Of a stretch of DNA of 40,364 bases, positions 1-10,699 are shown one piece after another. This stretch comes from Octopus sinensis (lineage: Eukaryota). How positions within the stretch are numbered: the stretch's first letter is position 1; every line of letters begins with the position of its first letter. The translations under genes and the position numbers were made by a program. Location of the stretch: the NCBI RefSeq assembly GCF_006345805.1, contig NW_021835404.1, positions 1 through 40,364 of the forward strand. Direction: 5' to 3'. Under the pieces are notes generated by a model. It ran no database searches. It was not told where the DNA came from and was given only the letters and a program-made list of their open reading frames with translations.

Positions 1-468
1 ATTGGTCTGTACCTCCTTTAGCTGTTTCAAGAATTCTGAAAAGAATTGAAAAAACCTGGAAATTACTTAAGCCGTGATCGCTCTGGAATACCACAAGTAA
101 CAACACCTCAAACTGGTCATTTTATCTACCACTGTACAAGAGCAAATCCTTTCTCTTCTGCAAGTGAGAGACAAGCCCAGTTACCAGCAAATAATAACAA
201 AAAACAACACCAAGATTATCAACAATTGAGGACCGTTTAGTAAAAAGTTTAAAGCTCAGAACCAACCAGCAAAAACAAAAAGAAAAATTTTAAACAGATA
301 ATAAGCGCAGGAGTGGCTGTGTGGTAAGTAGCTAGCTTACCAACCACATGGTTTCGGGTTCAGTCCCACTGCATGGCATCTTGGTCAAGTGTTTTTTACT
401 ATAGCCTCAGGCCGACCAAAGCCTTGTGAGTGGATTTGGTAGACGGAAACTTAAAGAAGCCTGTCGTA

Positions 469-528
<60 letters not shown>

Positions 529-1040
529 TGTGTGTGTGTGTGTGTGTGTGTGTTTGTGTGTGTGTGTTTTCCCCCCAACATCGCTTGACAAACGATGCTG
601 GTGTGTTTGCGTCCCTGTAACTTAGCGGTTCGGTAAAAGAGACGATAGAACAAGTACTAGGCCTACAAAAACTAAGTCCTGAGGTCGATTTGCTCGACTA
701 AAGGCGGTGCTCCAGCATGGCCGCAGTCAAATGACTGAAACAATAAAAGAGTATAGAGTAAAGAGAGTAACCAAGAAAACTATTCAAAATCGAATTAAAT
801 TTCGGGTAAGTATTTCTCTTGCAGTTGTCTGGCTAAGAAAATAGCATCAGTAATGCTTCTCCCCGTGGCAAAGCTAATCTGGTTTTTGTCCAGTCTAATT
901 CTGTTCCTAACCGTAACCCTAACCAATTCAATGGATCACACTAATGTTTACTGATGAAATATTAATTCCTAAATACCAAAGCTATAAGCCTCAGGTAAGA
1001 AGAGCAAAAGGTGAGCAGCTGAATGTAAAGTATACAGGTT
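1..1040 (+). mobile_element. Decayed Tc1-family transposase remnant, interrupted by a SINE
   Basis: Across frameshifts it reads SVPPLAVSRILKRIE..SRDRSGIPQVTTPQT (HTH and GRPR-like linker), NPFSSASE and TKKTIQNRIKF. It then reads MFTDEILIPKYQSYKPQVRRAKGEQLNVKYT (944-1040), resembling the Tc1 'F(S/T)DE...VRR..GE' first catalytic motif. Bases 1-50 match 18891-18940. Confidence 0.7.
304..769 (+). mobile_element. tRNA-derived SINE (octopus CORE-type) with internal (TA)n(TG)n microsatellite
   Basis: A-box-like TGGCTGTGTGG, B-box GGTTCAGTCCC, CORE-like CTTGGTCAAGTG, internal SSR 467-567 and tail ...GACTGAAACAATAAAAGAGTA. A second copy lies at 26577-26986. Confidence 0.9.
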
Positions 1041-1151
1041 TTAAATGGGACATTGGTTCCATCATCGACATTCCAATGACGGAGCTTTGTATGTTTGTTA
1101 GAAAACAGCCTCTTCTTCAGGAGAATGTCAAGTATTAAAACCAGGAGAGAA

Positions 1152-1652
1152 ACATACATACATACATACATACATACATACATACATACATACATACATA
1201 CATACATACATACATACACACACACATGCATTCATATACACACATACACACTTACACGCTCGCACATACACATAGATACCTACATACATACATACAAGCA
1301 TGCACACATACACACATAGATATATATATGCATACATACAAACACATACATGCTTGTGTACATACATACTCACACATAATGCATGCATACACACATACAT
1401 AGATGCAGGAATGTTCCTTTAGGGATAGAATCACATAGATAGAGCGAGAGTAGGGAGAGAGAGAAATATAGAGCGACAGAGGTAGAGGCATTGAAAGGAC
1501 AACGGAGAGAGAGAGAGTCATTATCAGGGAGAGATATATACACAGTGATAGAGGGAGAGAGATTAGATGTAGAGACATAAACACAGACAGACAGACGGAC
1601 GGACGGACGGACGGACGGACGGACGGACAGACAGACAGACAGACAGACATAC

Positions 1653-1730
<78 letters not shown>
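1152..1730. repeat. Compound microsatellites: (CATA)n/(CA)n, GA-rich, (GACA)n(GACG)n(GATA)n
   Basis: Directly visible; source of the HTYI/MYVC/YLSI ORFs. Confidence 0.95.
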
Positions 1731-1909
1731 TTATATAGACATAGAGAAAGGGTGAAAGATTGAGGGGCAGGGAGAGAAAGGATGAGAATGACGGTTGATG
1801 AGAGACTATTACATGGCTATGGTACATTTAACACACAGCTCCTTGTTAATAGGGAAACTGTAAGGAATCTCTATGGGGACACTGGACCCATGTCTCTCCA
1901 TAACTGAAA

Positions 1910-2440
1910 CAGGAAAAGTAAGGCAACACCATTTGCAGGGGTTCCAACCCCAGAGAGAAAAAGAAAACCGGATTGATTCATGGTTTATCCTCAGACAGAC
2001 ACCTCGTCTCACAGTAAACTCCTCCAAAGAAAACAAAATACTAAAAATAACAGCCAAATATCTCTCAAATCATTCCTTCAATTATTAGAAAGGAAATACA
2101 TTGGTGGACAATGCATATGAATAGAGAGGGTGGTGGTCAAGGTTAGAACGTCTTGTATCATAGATCTACTCCCGCAACACTGACATGTTGCTAAACCAAG
2201 AAAATGATAATTCTCTCACCTTTTGCGAGTCTCTCAATTTCAATGATATACGTACAACAAATACTGGGAAACAAAAAGTAAGCCAATTTCTTAAAAGCAT
2301 CAATAATACTTCTCAACCAACAAAACAACCTTCCTCTGTGCTTTCCTGATCAAAACAGAACCCAAGTGGTGGTAGACAGACTGTATTGTCAGAACTATGC
2401 TTGAACCGGGGTAAACTATTTCCTGTGCAAGTGAAATATA
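1910..2440 (+). repeat. Non-coding repeat Y, near-identical to 18015-18545; partial copy at 14005-14310
   Basis: Long stretches of direct identity, e.g. CAAATATCTCTCAAATCATTCCTTCAATT...GATCTACTCCCGCAACACTGACATGTTGCTAAACCAAGAAAAT. Confidence 0.85.
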
Positions 2441-2666
2441 CAATCAAAATCTATAAAGCTGAAATGCGAAAAATTTGTTTGCCTCATTTGGGGATGGGAA
2501 CGGTTTAAGGGCCGGTAGATGAAGTCAGATTGGCTCCATAATTTACAGAGACATATAAAATGAGGTGATGAAGCAACTGCACTAGGTTAGAAACCCTTAT
2601 CTCAAAAGCTGTGGTTACTAGGGCAACAAAACCCAAACTTTGACAAGTGTTTGTTGTTTCTCTCTT

Positions 2667-3457
2667 TTGGATATCAGTGTTTTTCTTCTACCAGTGCAAT
2701 CAACTTGGTATGTTTACTTCTCCGTTGTAAGTTTGATAGTAAAAGTCAATAAGTTACCTACATAGAAAGTCAGTTTTGGGTTCTACCATCCGACAATCAA
2801 TTCTCTTTTGGCTGCTTTCTTCTCTACAGCTTTGTTACAATCACAAAATTCCCACCATTGATCCCTTTGGTTTCTGTTTAAATCGAGAGACAATAATTCC
2901 ATCATATCGTTTCTCAAAACCTGCAATCTGAATCAAACCCTTTACTTCTCCCCAGATTTTCCTTCCCAATGAACGACCCCCTACTTTCCTGTGAACGAGT
3001 ATCTGTGACATTCATTGATTGACCCCCCTCATATCTCATTGAGCAACTGATTGGTTGCGATGTAATTATTGGTTAATTAATTTATTCTCATCTCCTCTTC
3101 CTGCTACCACGTTTCTACTCTCAGCTCTCCGCTCCTCTTCCAGACTAATTCATTTATACTCATTTCATCTGTCTCTAAACATTGTTCCCATTTTATTTTT
3201 CGGCGGACTTGGTTGGTGTGGTGAGGGTTACTCATTTGTTTGTTGGTGTGTGATAAGCAACAGAGCATAACTGATCGAGAATTCCGTAGATCAACAATCT
3301 ATTGTTTACCTTGTTCTTTCATTACATCCGCCTTCCTTAAGGCGGAGGTATTTTTTAAGTCGTGTTTGTTAGTCTGTCCGTGGACAAGATTCTCAAGAAC
3401 CGGTGGATGGATTCGCATGAAACTTTCAGGGATGTTTGGCCTCGTGACTGGCACGAA
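2667..3457 (+). repeat. Local segmental duplicate X (copy 1), nearly identical to 28125-28894
   Basis: Colinear match. The 71-aa ORFs 3055-3270 and 28491-28706 differ by one residue. Shared sequence ends at GACTGGCACGAAC. Confidence 0.92.
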
Positions 3458-3666
3458 CCTATTAGATTTTGGAATTGATCAGCTACTGGACAAGGATTCT
3501 GGATTATTTTTCCTATTTTTTTACTTAATTATTGAGAGCGTTCGGATTCATTTTTAGTATTCTCTTAGAGCAGTCGAGTTTATTTCAGGTATTCTCATTT
3601 TAAAACTCATCTCTGGCTAATCGTTGAGAGGACGTTGGTGTTGCCTTGGCGGAGGTTTGTGCTCTT
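3321..3666 (+). mobile_element. Non-autonomous Helentron-associated (HINE/DINE-1-like) element
   Basis: 5' hairpin TCCGCCTT-CCTT-AAGGCGGA followed by a GTTT/GTCT-like tract, and a 3' subterminal inverted repeat GGCGGAGGT. The family assignment comes from this architecture only. Confidence 0.55.
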
Positions 3667-3669
3667 GTT

Positions 3670-4250
3670 ATTCTTTTAATGGTTCAGTCGTGGTATTGCT
3701 GCCATACTGGAGCACCACCTGAATTTATTTTCTTTCAGTTTTGTTCTCACTCTATGGCTGGAAGTTGGTCCATTACTGGATTTGTAGCAGCTGGTCTTCC
3801 CTGAGTGTATCCTTGAATGGTTGCCTGGTCTGGTATCATCATTCGGAGTGTATCCTTGAATGGTCGTCGCCTGGTCCGGTATCATCATTCGGAGTGTATC
3901 CAATGTTATTGTTTTATTTTGTAATGTTTCACTTGAAGTTCCGTTTTTACTTCTGACTTCTTTTGGTAGGTAGTTGAAGAATTGGGGGCCTCTGAAAATC
4001 AGGCGGGTACAAAGGGGTGTTTTTGCTTGTGATTTTGAAGGTGATATATTTGGAAGCTGACAGTGTCAGCATTAAAGCTCTCTCTCTCTCTATCAAAATT
4101 GGGAACACATAACCGTCCAGGATTTTCCATATGTATATTATACTCTCTCTCTCTCTCCCTTTGCCATTCAAGAAAATAGAGACACAGAGCTTTCAGACGT
4201 ACCCAGGAATTAAGGCTTTCAACCAAATTTATTCTACTGATGAACGTTGT
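3670..4250 (-). mobile_element. CR1/L2-type LINE 3' fragment (ORF2 C-terminus plus 3' tail)
   Basis: LNSWVRLKALCLYFLEWQRERE..IIYIWKILDG, FRGPQFFNYLPKEVR and PDQATIQGY..VMDQLPAIE* resemble CR1-clade C-terminal motifs. Internal ~45-bp tandem duplication at 3803-3901. Confidence 0.75.
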
Positions 4251-4740
4251 CAGTATTTATGCTGTTGCAAATCTTCTCCAATTCCGTGACTCATACTATT
4301 TCTTTGTTTGATTTTTAAGTGAGTTATAATCTTTGACGGATTCTTTTCTGGTGGAGGAGTTTTTAAACATGAAGCAATTTATTAAAAGACATCTCTAAAA
4401 ATAGACTTTCTGTGTTTCTGATCCTCGCCCCACCAGCTGATAGCATACGTTTTATAGTTGTATGGTTTCGCTGATAAAATGTTGCGGACCTTCATTTTGG
4501 ATACGCGATGAAGTACTAAGTGCAGAGGGGTCATCCTTATTGTTATGCAGCATGGTAACAGAGTGTGGAGCCTGTTTGCTGTTGAAGAAATGCTTGTCTA
4601 AGAAAATGTCTCCGCCATGATATTTGTGCAGTGTTTACAGCTTCAGAAATCAGATTACATTCATCACTTTTTAGAAATGATTTCATCAACTATTCTTTTA
4701 CGTTCAACAAATGTTAATAGTTGGTGGAATTGTTTGGCCG

Positions 4741-5060
4741 TGAGGGCGCGTGGCTTAGTGGTCAGTGTGTTCCACTCAATGATTGTAAGGTCGTAAATTC
4801 GATGCCTGGCGGAGTGCTATGTCCTATCCTTGAGCAACACACTTTATTTCACGTTCTCGCCATTCCACTCAGCTTGCTAAAAGGAGTAATTCAAAGAGCC
4901 AGCCTTGTTGCATTCTGTGTCACGCAGAATCTCTCTAGAAACTACGTGAAAGGTACGCGTGTCTGTGGAGTACTCAGCCACTGGCACGTTAATTTCATGG
5001 ACAGACTGTTCCATCGATTGGATCAACTGGAACGCTCACCATCGTAAACGATACAGTACC
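4741..5060 (+). mobile_element. tRNA-derived SINE, second family
   Basis: A-box TGGCTTAGTGG, degenerate B-box AATTCGATGCC and CORE-like CCTTGAGCAACACACTTTA. Confidence 0.7.
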
Positions 5061-5742
5061 TCCTATCTCTGTCTCTTTCGCCGTGAAATGATTGAGATCT
5101 TGATGAAGCTTACCAAAGTATGATTTCAGACATTTCATAGAGCTAGCATCGGGATCGTCTTTTGCCAATTGATATGAGTTAAGTTGGCCATTATTCCATT
5201 CATGATTGGCACATAAATGGATTTATAAAATTAAAACTAATCACTTCTATATCTGCAATCAAAAAGATAGCGTTTACTTTCTTTCCCTGTTTTGCGCCAT
5301 TGTTGCGGTTGGATTCATTATTTTTCTCTTTAGCTGCGTGAAATGTAGAGTATTGCTGTCAGGGAGATATCTTATGATAGTAGAATAGTATTTTAACTGC
5401 TGTTTCTAAATTTCGGTGTCTGGTGAAGCAAATTTTGCTAAACACTAATTATAATTATGCACGTAATTATAGAAATTTTGTATAAGTTTACCGATAATGG
5501 TTCTTTTAACATACCGAACTGCTTTGTAAAATTATTAATTATTAATTGATTAATTAATTTTACACTTTATCATGTGTATATATATATATGGCCTGATAGC
5601 GAGACAGTCACCTCGGCGACGGAAACAGGAGTTCTGAAAATATATTTTCCAGATATTTCTAATCTATTTACAACATGTAGAGATGCGTTGAATTCAAGAT
5701 GGGGGCGACAAAAATGCTTGTGGCACCGAGGATATGTATATA

Positions 5743-5800
5743 TTCTTTTATTCTTTTACATGTTTAAGCCATTTGACTGCGACCATTTTGCAGCACCGTC
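5743..5800 (-). mobile_element. SINE/LINE 3' tail fragment
   Basis: The reverse complement resembles the tail of the SINE at 304-769 (CGGTGCT..CGCAGTCAAATG.CT.AAACA.GTAAAAGAATAAAAGAA). Confidence 0.65.
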
Positions 5801-6519
5801 ATGTGGATGTGTGTGGGTAAATGTTTTTCTAAATGTATTTGATAATCTCAAAATATTTTATGAAAGATCTTGTAAATGTCTAGGGAGAGTCATTCTCTTT
5901 TAGTGGGTTTTTTTTTTACTTTTAAAATTTATTAACTGTTTAAAATTTATTTAGAGAATAGAATGTCACAAAGCCTTTGTATTTTGTATGTAACCACTTT
6001 CGTTGTTGAACTTCTACAAAACACGTGTTCTGGGGTAATGCGTGTAGAGAAACTTGTTTTTAATAATCAGTTTGGTTTAGTTTCAGATTGGGAAGTCTTA
6101 TAAAGTGCCTTTCATAGCTGGATATTTTCGTCTTTTATTTTGTAAAAAGGGAATATTTTCTACTTTTCATTCGCACAAATGTTTACATGTTTATTACGTG
6201 GACAATTTCTAAAAGATGAATTTTTAATTTACTATTTGAGGACGTTCAGACTGTTGGTGAAATTTGTTTCTGTTCCTCCAATGTAATTCTCGTCGAATTG
6301 TAGGCAAGTAATGCAGAAGTTGTGACGTTTTTTTTTTTTGAAATTCATGTTTGCATTCATTTGCAATTCCTTTAAATTCTTGATTTTGAGGGTTGTTCAT
6401 TTTTCAATTCTTTTGACAGACCCAACAATGAGTCTCAACTGTTTGATTAATACACACACATACACACGCACCCAAGCCCATGCATACCTATACATAAACA
6501 CACACAAACTCAAAAATGG

Positions 6520-6776
6520 ATAGAGAATAATAATACAGAGCGCCCAGAGGCGTGGATTCGGAGAAGAAAGTCAAACAACATTATAGTTGATATCAAAATA
6601 AATTCTTTATTCGATTAGAAACAAAATAAACAAAAATCTGGATTAAACCAGACAGAAAGATAAGATTAAGCAATGAAGAATTGTTTGAGATTATATATTT
6701 CAATGGTTTCCAGGGGTTGGGTGGTAACAGGATAGTTGTAACAGGTATTCCTAGGATAACACGCGTCATCAGTACA
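6520..6776 (-). mobile_element. Possible degraded solo LTR
   Basis: The minus strand starts TGT and carries TATATAA then AATAAA in LTR order. No matching terminal ACA or target-site duplication was found. Confidence 0.25.
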
Positions 6777-6970
6777 CATAAACATGCTTTAATGTAAGAA
6801 ATATTCTTTCATGGTTTCAGGCTTCGACTGCCATTTTTAGCATGTAAGAAATCCACATGGTAGTTTTCTTGTATGTTTTCATATAATATTATATTTAAAT
6901 ATATGTATGTCTTCTGACTCCTGTTAAGCATGATAGCCACTGGTAAATAATTATCTAATAATTTATAAAG

Positions 6971-6971
<1 letters not shown>

Positions 6972-7002
<31 letters not shown>

Positions 7003-7256
7003 TGTATGTATGTATGTATGTATGCATGTATGTATGTATGTATGTGTGTATGTGTGTATGTATTATGTATGTAAGCGCGTATGTGTGTATCTATGTATGT
7101 ATGTGTGTATTTGTGTATGTATGTAGGTAGGTAGGTAGGTAGGTAGGTAGTTAGGTATGTAGGTAGGTAGGTAGGTAATTAGGTAGGTAGGTAGGTAGGT
7201 AGGTAGGTAGGTAGGTAGGTAGGTAGGTAGGTAGGTAGGTAGGTAGGTAGGTAGGT
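6972..7256. repeat. (TATG)n then (TAGG)n microsatellite
   Basis: Directly visible. Confidence 0.95.
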
Positions 7257-7396
7257 ATAGGAGGCGGCTGAGTGTGTTTGTAACTGTGAGAATGCCCAGA
7301 ACAATTATTATTATTACTACTACTACTATTATGTTACAGAACGTAGTATAGAATTCATAAAACACTTTGAAGGAATTTTGATTTTATCGAAGAATA

Positions 7397-9394
7397 TCAA
7401 ATAACTTGATAAACTTCTGCGTGATGTATTTCATTCTTCAAATAAGTTTATTGTCTGGATCATTTTATCTAAAATGGTTATTGTTAACCTACGATCTGCA
7501 TTTATCATAGACAATAATTTAGGTATCATAGACGTCATCAATATCAAAGTAATCTTTGTGGATGCTGATAAGTGCAACTCTTCTAGACTTATTATATTGT
7601 TGCAAGCAAAGAAAAAGGTTACGATTAGAAACAGTTTTACAATGGATTTACCAATCTCATTTCTCAATGGAAAACGCTGGTTAACAATTCTCTTAAACAA
7701 AGTGGTGTTTATGAATTCTTCCCCATATTTTGACTGAACTAAATTTGGACGAAGAATTTTGGTGAGCTTTATGGATTCAAGCAGAATGAAGTCATATAAA
7801 CTCTGAAATAACTTAATGGTAAAGTTAAAATCAGATAAACAATTGGGATTCCATAATAAACGAGGCACAGAAATAATTCACAGACAGAAAATACAGCAAA
7901 TAAAATTGTAATGGAAACAAAGAGCCAAAGTGTAATGAATCACCAGAAAATATTTCTCCTGTAGTAATATAACCAAATTTTCTTTATACGGTTAATCCAA
8001 GTATAAATTATTGAATACCAGAAATTTGGGTTTAAAGCAGTAGAAACATTAGCTTCCATTACTGCATAGAGTAGATCATAATCCTGTTGTGTAGAAACAT
8101 CTAAATTGCCATACTTCTCTAATAATCTAATATTTTGAATGAGAAACGTGAAAGTGGATCTTTGATGTAACGTATTATAAGCGATAGTCTCACTTAAACG
8201 ACTGGGAAGAACGAAGAGGATAAAGTTGAAAGATACGTAACAGATTAACCATACAAAGGGACCACCAAAAAAGCCATCAGTATTCTCATAACTTTCTGGG
8301 ATTCCTAATATCAAGGCGCGATGTCCCAATGGTATACCATCTTGGAAAAGTATTGCTATTGTTTCATATAAAAAGAAGTAATGCATCAAAAGATCCAGGA
8401 AAATTACTGAAAGAGAAAATAGAATACAAAGGAATCTTCTCAGCCCCGAGGCTAAGAGAGTGGAATGGTGAAAGCAAAACAACCAAGACAGAAAATGAGA
8501 GAATGTGTAAATATTATGTTTTCCATTGATCCACTCGGATTCGTGTGGCAATGTGTTTTTAATTGTAAATAAGAATTCATCGTGAGCAAACAGTGGCAGA
8601 TTGAGTTGACGGGAATGTGAAGGTAATTTAGCTTTTGATACAAAACTAATAATTAATGGGGAAAATAGCCACAAAACCCCTCCGAAAATATCTAAATAAT
8701 TTTAAAAGTTATCATTTTGAATGATTTTTCCTGAACAAATGGATTTGGGGCGATAAAGATTACTTTCATTTTTATAGAGTTTACAGCAATAGTTCTTTAT
8801 AATTTCTCTATTTATGCCAATTCTTCTGTAAGTTTCAAATGAGAGAGGGCTGTTCTTCTTCATGTCTTGAGACAAATTTATATAAAAACACATGTATCCA
8901 GATTCTCCCATTTGCAATTTATCGATAAATAAAATTCTTTTCAATTCCTTGAAAATCAAATATATTAAATCGTGTCTCTGAATATTTTGTTTTCCACAAG
9001 TGATATTGATATCAATCCTTTGTTTAGCAACGTAGACGTCCAACATATTAAAAGTGTGCATTGAAAAATCATAGGAGAAAGTTCTATATAGAGTTAAAGC
9101 GCCTGATTTATCTGGAATCCACGTAAAACTCCTCGCATTTGCAAAATAATCCAATGCCACAGGATTAAGAAGTTCATCAAGTGTCTTGTTTGATAAATGG
9201 ACTTCAAAATTGAAAACCTCTTTTTCTAATTTCACTAAACGAGATAAAATCTCACCGATATTGGGAGGGATTTTAACTTCACAATCATTGCCGAGTTCCT
9301 TCGCATCGATGTTTAGTGATATCAGTGTGATAATAAGAATGATTGAAAGAATAAGAGAACTGGTTGCTGTTGTTGTCGTCTGCACGGCAGCCAT
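7397..9394 (-). pseudogene. Disrupted gene (single coding exon) for an uncharacterised multi-pass membrane protein (copy 1)
   Basis: ORFs 8702-9394 and 7940-8674 are in one frame, separated by TAA at 8702-8704 (..QNDNF*NYLDIFGGVLWLFSPL). After TGA at 7940-7942 the frame continues FITLWLFVSITILFAVFSVCELFLCLVYYGIPIVYLILTLPLSYFR. A frameshifting deletion near 7795 joins it to YDFILLESIKL...; this C-terminus aligns with the paralogue at 39826-40362. A further 1-nt shift near 7431 hides the homologous end EIHHAEVYQVI* (stop 7397-7399). Confidence 0.85.
8702..9394 (-). CDS. Intact 230-aa ORF: signal peptide plus ectodomain of copy 1 (possibly secreted if expressed)
   Basis: Hydrophobic N-terminus SSLILSIILIITLISLNIDA, six Cys and four N-X-S/T sequons (NKT, NIT, NLS, NES). 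The stop falls just before the first TM segment. Confidence 0.5.
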   Translation of the reverse strand: MAAVQTTTTATSSLILSIILIITLISLNIDAKELGNDCEVKIPPNIGEILSRLVKLEKEVFNFEVHLSNKTLDELLNPVALDYFANARSFTWIPDKSGALTLYRTFSYDFSMHTFNMLDVYVAKQRIDINITCGKQNIQRHDLIYLIFKELKRILFIDKLQMGESGYMCFYINLSQDMKKNSPLSFETYRRIGINREIIKNYCCKLYKNESNLYRPKSICSGKIIQNDNF

Positions 9395-9404
9395 ATTTGG
9401 TTAT

Positions 9405-9440
9405 CTGTAAAAATATGAAAAAATAGAGCATATTAAGTAA
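9405..9440 (-). promoter_or_regulatory. Probable 3' splice acceptor of a 5'-UTR intron, 10 nt upstream of the ATG
   Basis: The minus strand has branch-like CTTAAT, then a T-rich pyrimidine tract ending ...CATATTTTTACAG|ATAACCAAAT-ATG. Confidence 0.65.
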
Positions 9441-9774
9441 TGAAGATTCAACTCCGTTTCTTTATTTCATAGACATTTGCAATGTTACGAAATAATCATA
9501 AGTGTTGTGGTCAATGTATCTGAGAAATCAATGCATTTTTCTGTTGCCGAGTACCTCTTTTATGGTTAAACATATCCCCGTTTCAAGGTCAATATTTTCT
9601 ATTCAACGGTTGCAGGAGATTTTCTATTGCATTCGATGCTACCTAGTTCAAGGTATTAAAATTAGCATCATAACTGAATCAAGTTATATTTGAACTGAAA
9701 ATACGGAGGTTTTAATGTAGATGGTAAAGATATATGAAATGAGTATGAATTTCATTTCAAATAGATTCAAAATG

Positions 9775-9960
9775 GAACGCTAAGAAATGACCATGTATGA
9801 GTACGTTTCTAGTAGACCTGAAGATGATAGTAACACAGAGATGAAACGAAACCCCTTTTGGACTCATGACCGATACATCACACTAGGCTTCGAAAGATAT
9901 GCATTTACAGTCCAAGAACGGGAGATTGCTACTAAATACCTAATCAATAAAAGAGACATT
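9775..9960 (+). mobile_element. R4/Dong-clade LINE internal fragment
   Basis: MYEYVSSRPEDDSN...ITLGFERYAFTVQEREIATKYLINKRD parallels HFEGYAFAIQE.EISTKYLMNKRD at ~16050-16125. Confidence 0.7.
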
Positions 9961-10002
9961 GAAGCCATTGGCGTTCTAAGGGGCAGCTGAAAATATAGAT
10001 GA

Positions 10003-10430
10003 ATCATCGTCATCATCATCATCGTAGTCGCTGTCATCATCGTCCTTGTCATCTTCATCATAATCCTCATCATCCTCATCATTTCACGTCTGCTTTTCAT
10101 GCTGGCATGGTTTGGACGATTTGACAGGAGCTGGCTAGGCAAAAGCCTGCACAAGGCTTCAGTGTATGTTTTAGCATGGTTTTTAGGGCTGGATGCCCTT
10201 CCTAACCAACAAGCCGGAAGAGTGTCAGGTTTGGCAAGATTTTTACAGCTGGATGCCTTCGAAAATACCAACCACTTCACAGTGTGGATTGGTGGCTCTT
10301 TACCTGGCACCAACATTTGCAGGGTCACCAAGTAATTTGCAAGACAAATATTCTTTCAGACGGGGAGGGAGCATTGGAAGAAGTGATGTTGTGCCAGATG
10401 AAGAGAGGTTGGTGTGACAGAAACAGGTGT
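10003..10430 (-). mobile_element. Probable RTE-dependent SINE/LINE tail ending in (GAT)n
   Basis: Degenerate (CAT)n next to CACGTCTGCTTTTCATGCTGGCATGG, and two GCTGGATGCC motifs typical of RTE-type tails (recognised from memory). Confidence 0.5.
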
Positions 10431-10699
10431 GCATTCATGCTAAGGTAAGCGTAACAAGTCAGATATTGTTGTCTGGGGCAGGCAAGAAAAAGAATGTACC
10501 GTCGTACAGGTCGGTTGCCCTGCTGATGGGAATATCTCTTTGAAAATCAAAAACAAAGAAGGTAATTATGGACAAATGCATTGTAACTTCCAGCTTCTAT
10601 ATCCAGATTATGAATTTGCATTCATTCCAATAATAATCCTTTCTACATTAGGCCTGAAATATTTGCGGGAGGAGCACCTCGATTACATCGAAAGAGATA

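Noticed and set aside
906-925. Telomeric repeat (CCTAAC..CCCTAACC)
   Set aside because: Only 2-3 degenerate units.
3055-3270. Duplicated 71-aa ORF (also 28491-28706)
   Set aside because: Non-ATG start, and the similarity reflects recent DNA duplication rather than selection.
3803-3901. CRISPR-like short repeats
   Set aside because: Contiguous tandem duplication without spacers, inside a LINE in eukaryotic DNA.
7474-7737. Conserved plus-strand ORFs at 7474-7737 and 39887-40090
   Set aside because: Antisense shadows of the conserved minus-strand membrane protein.
7397-9394. Identity as an octopus chemotactile (nAChR-like) receptor or a GPCR
   Set aside because: No C-x13-C Cys-loop or four-TM layout, no recognisable GPCR motifs, and more hydrophobic segments than expected.
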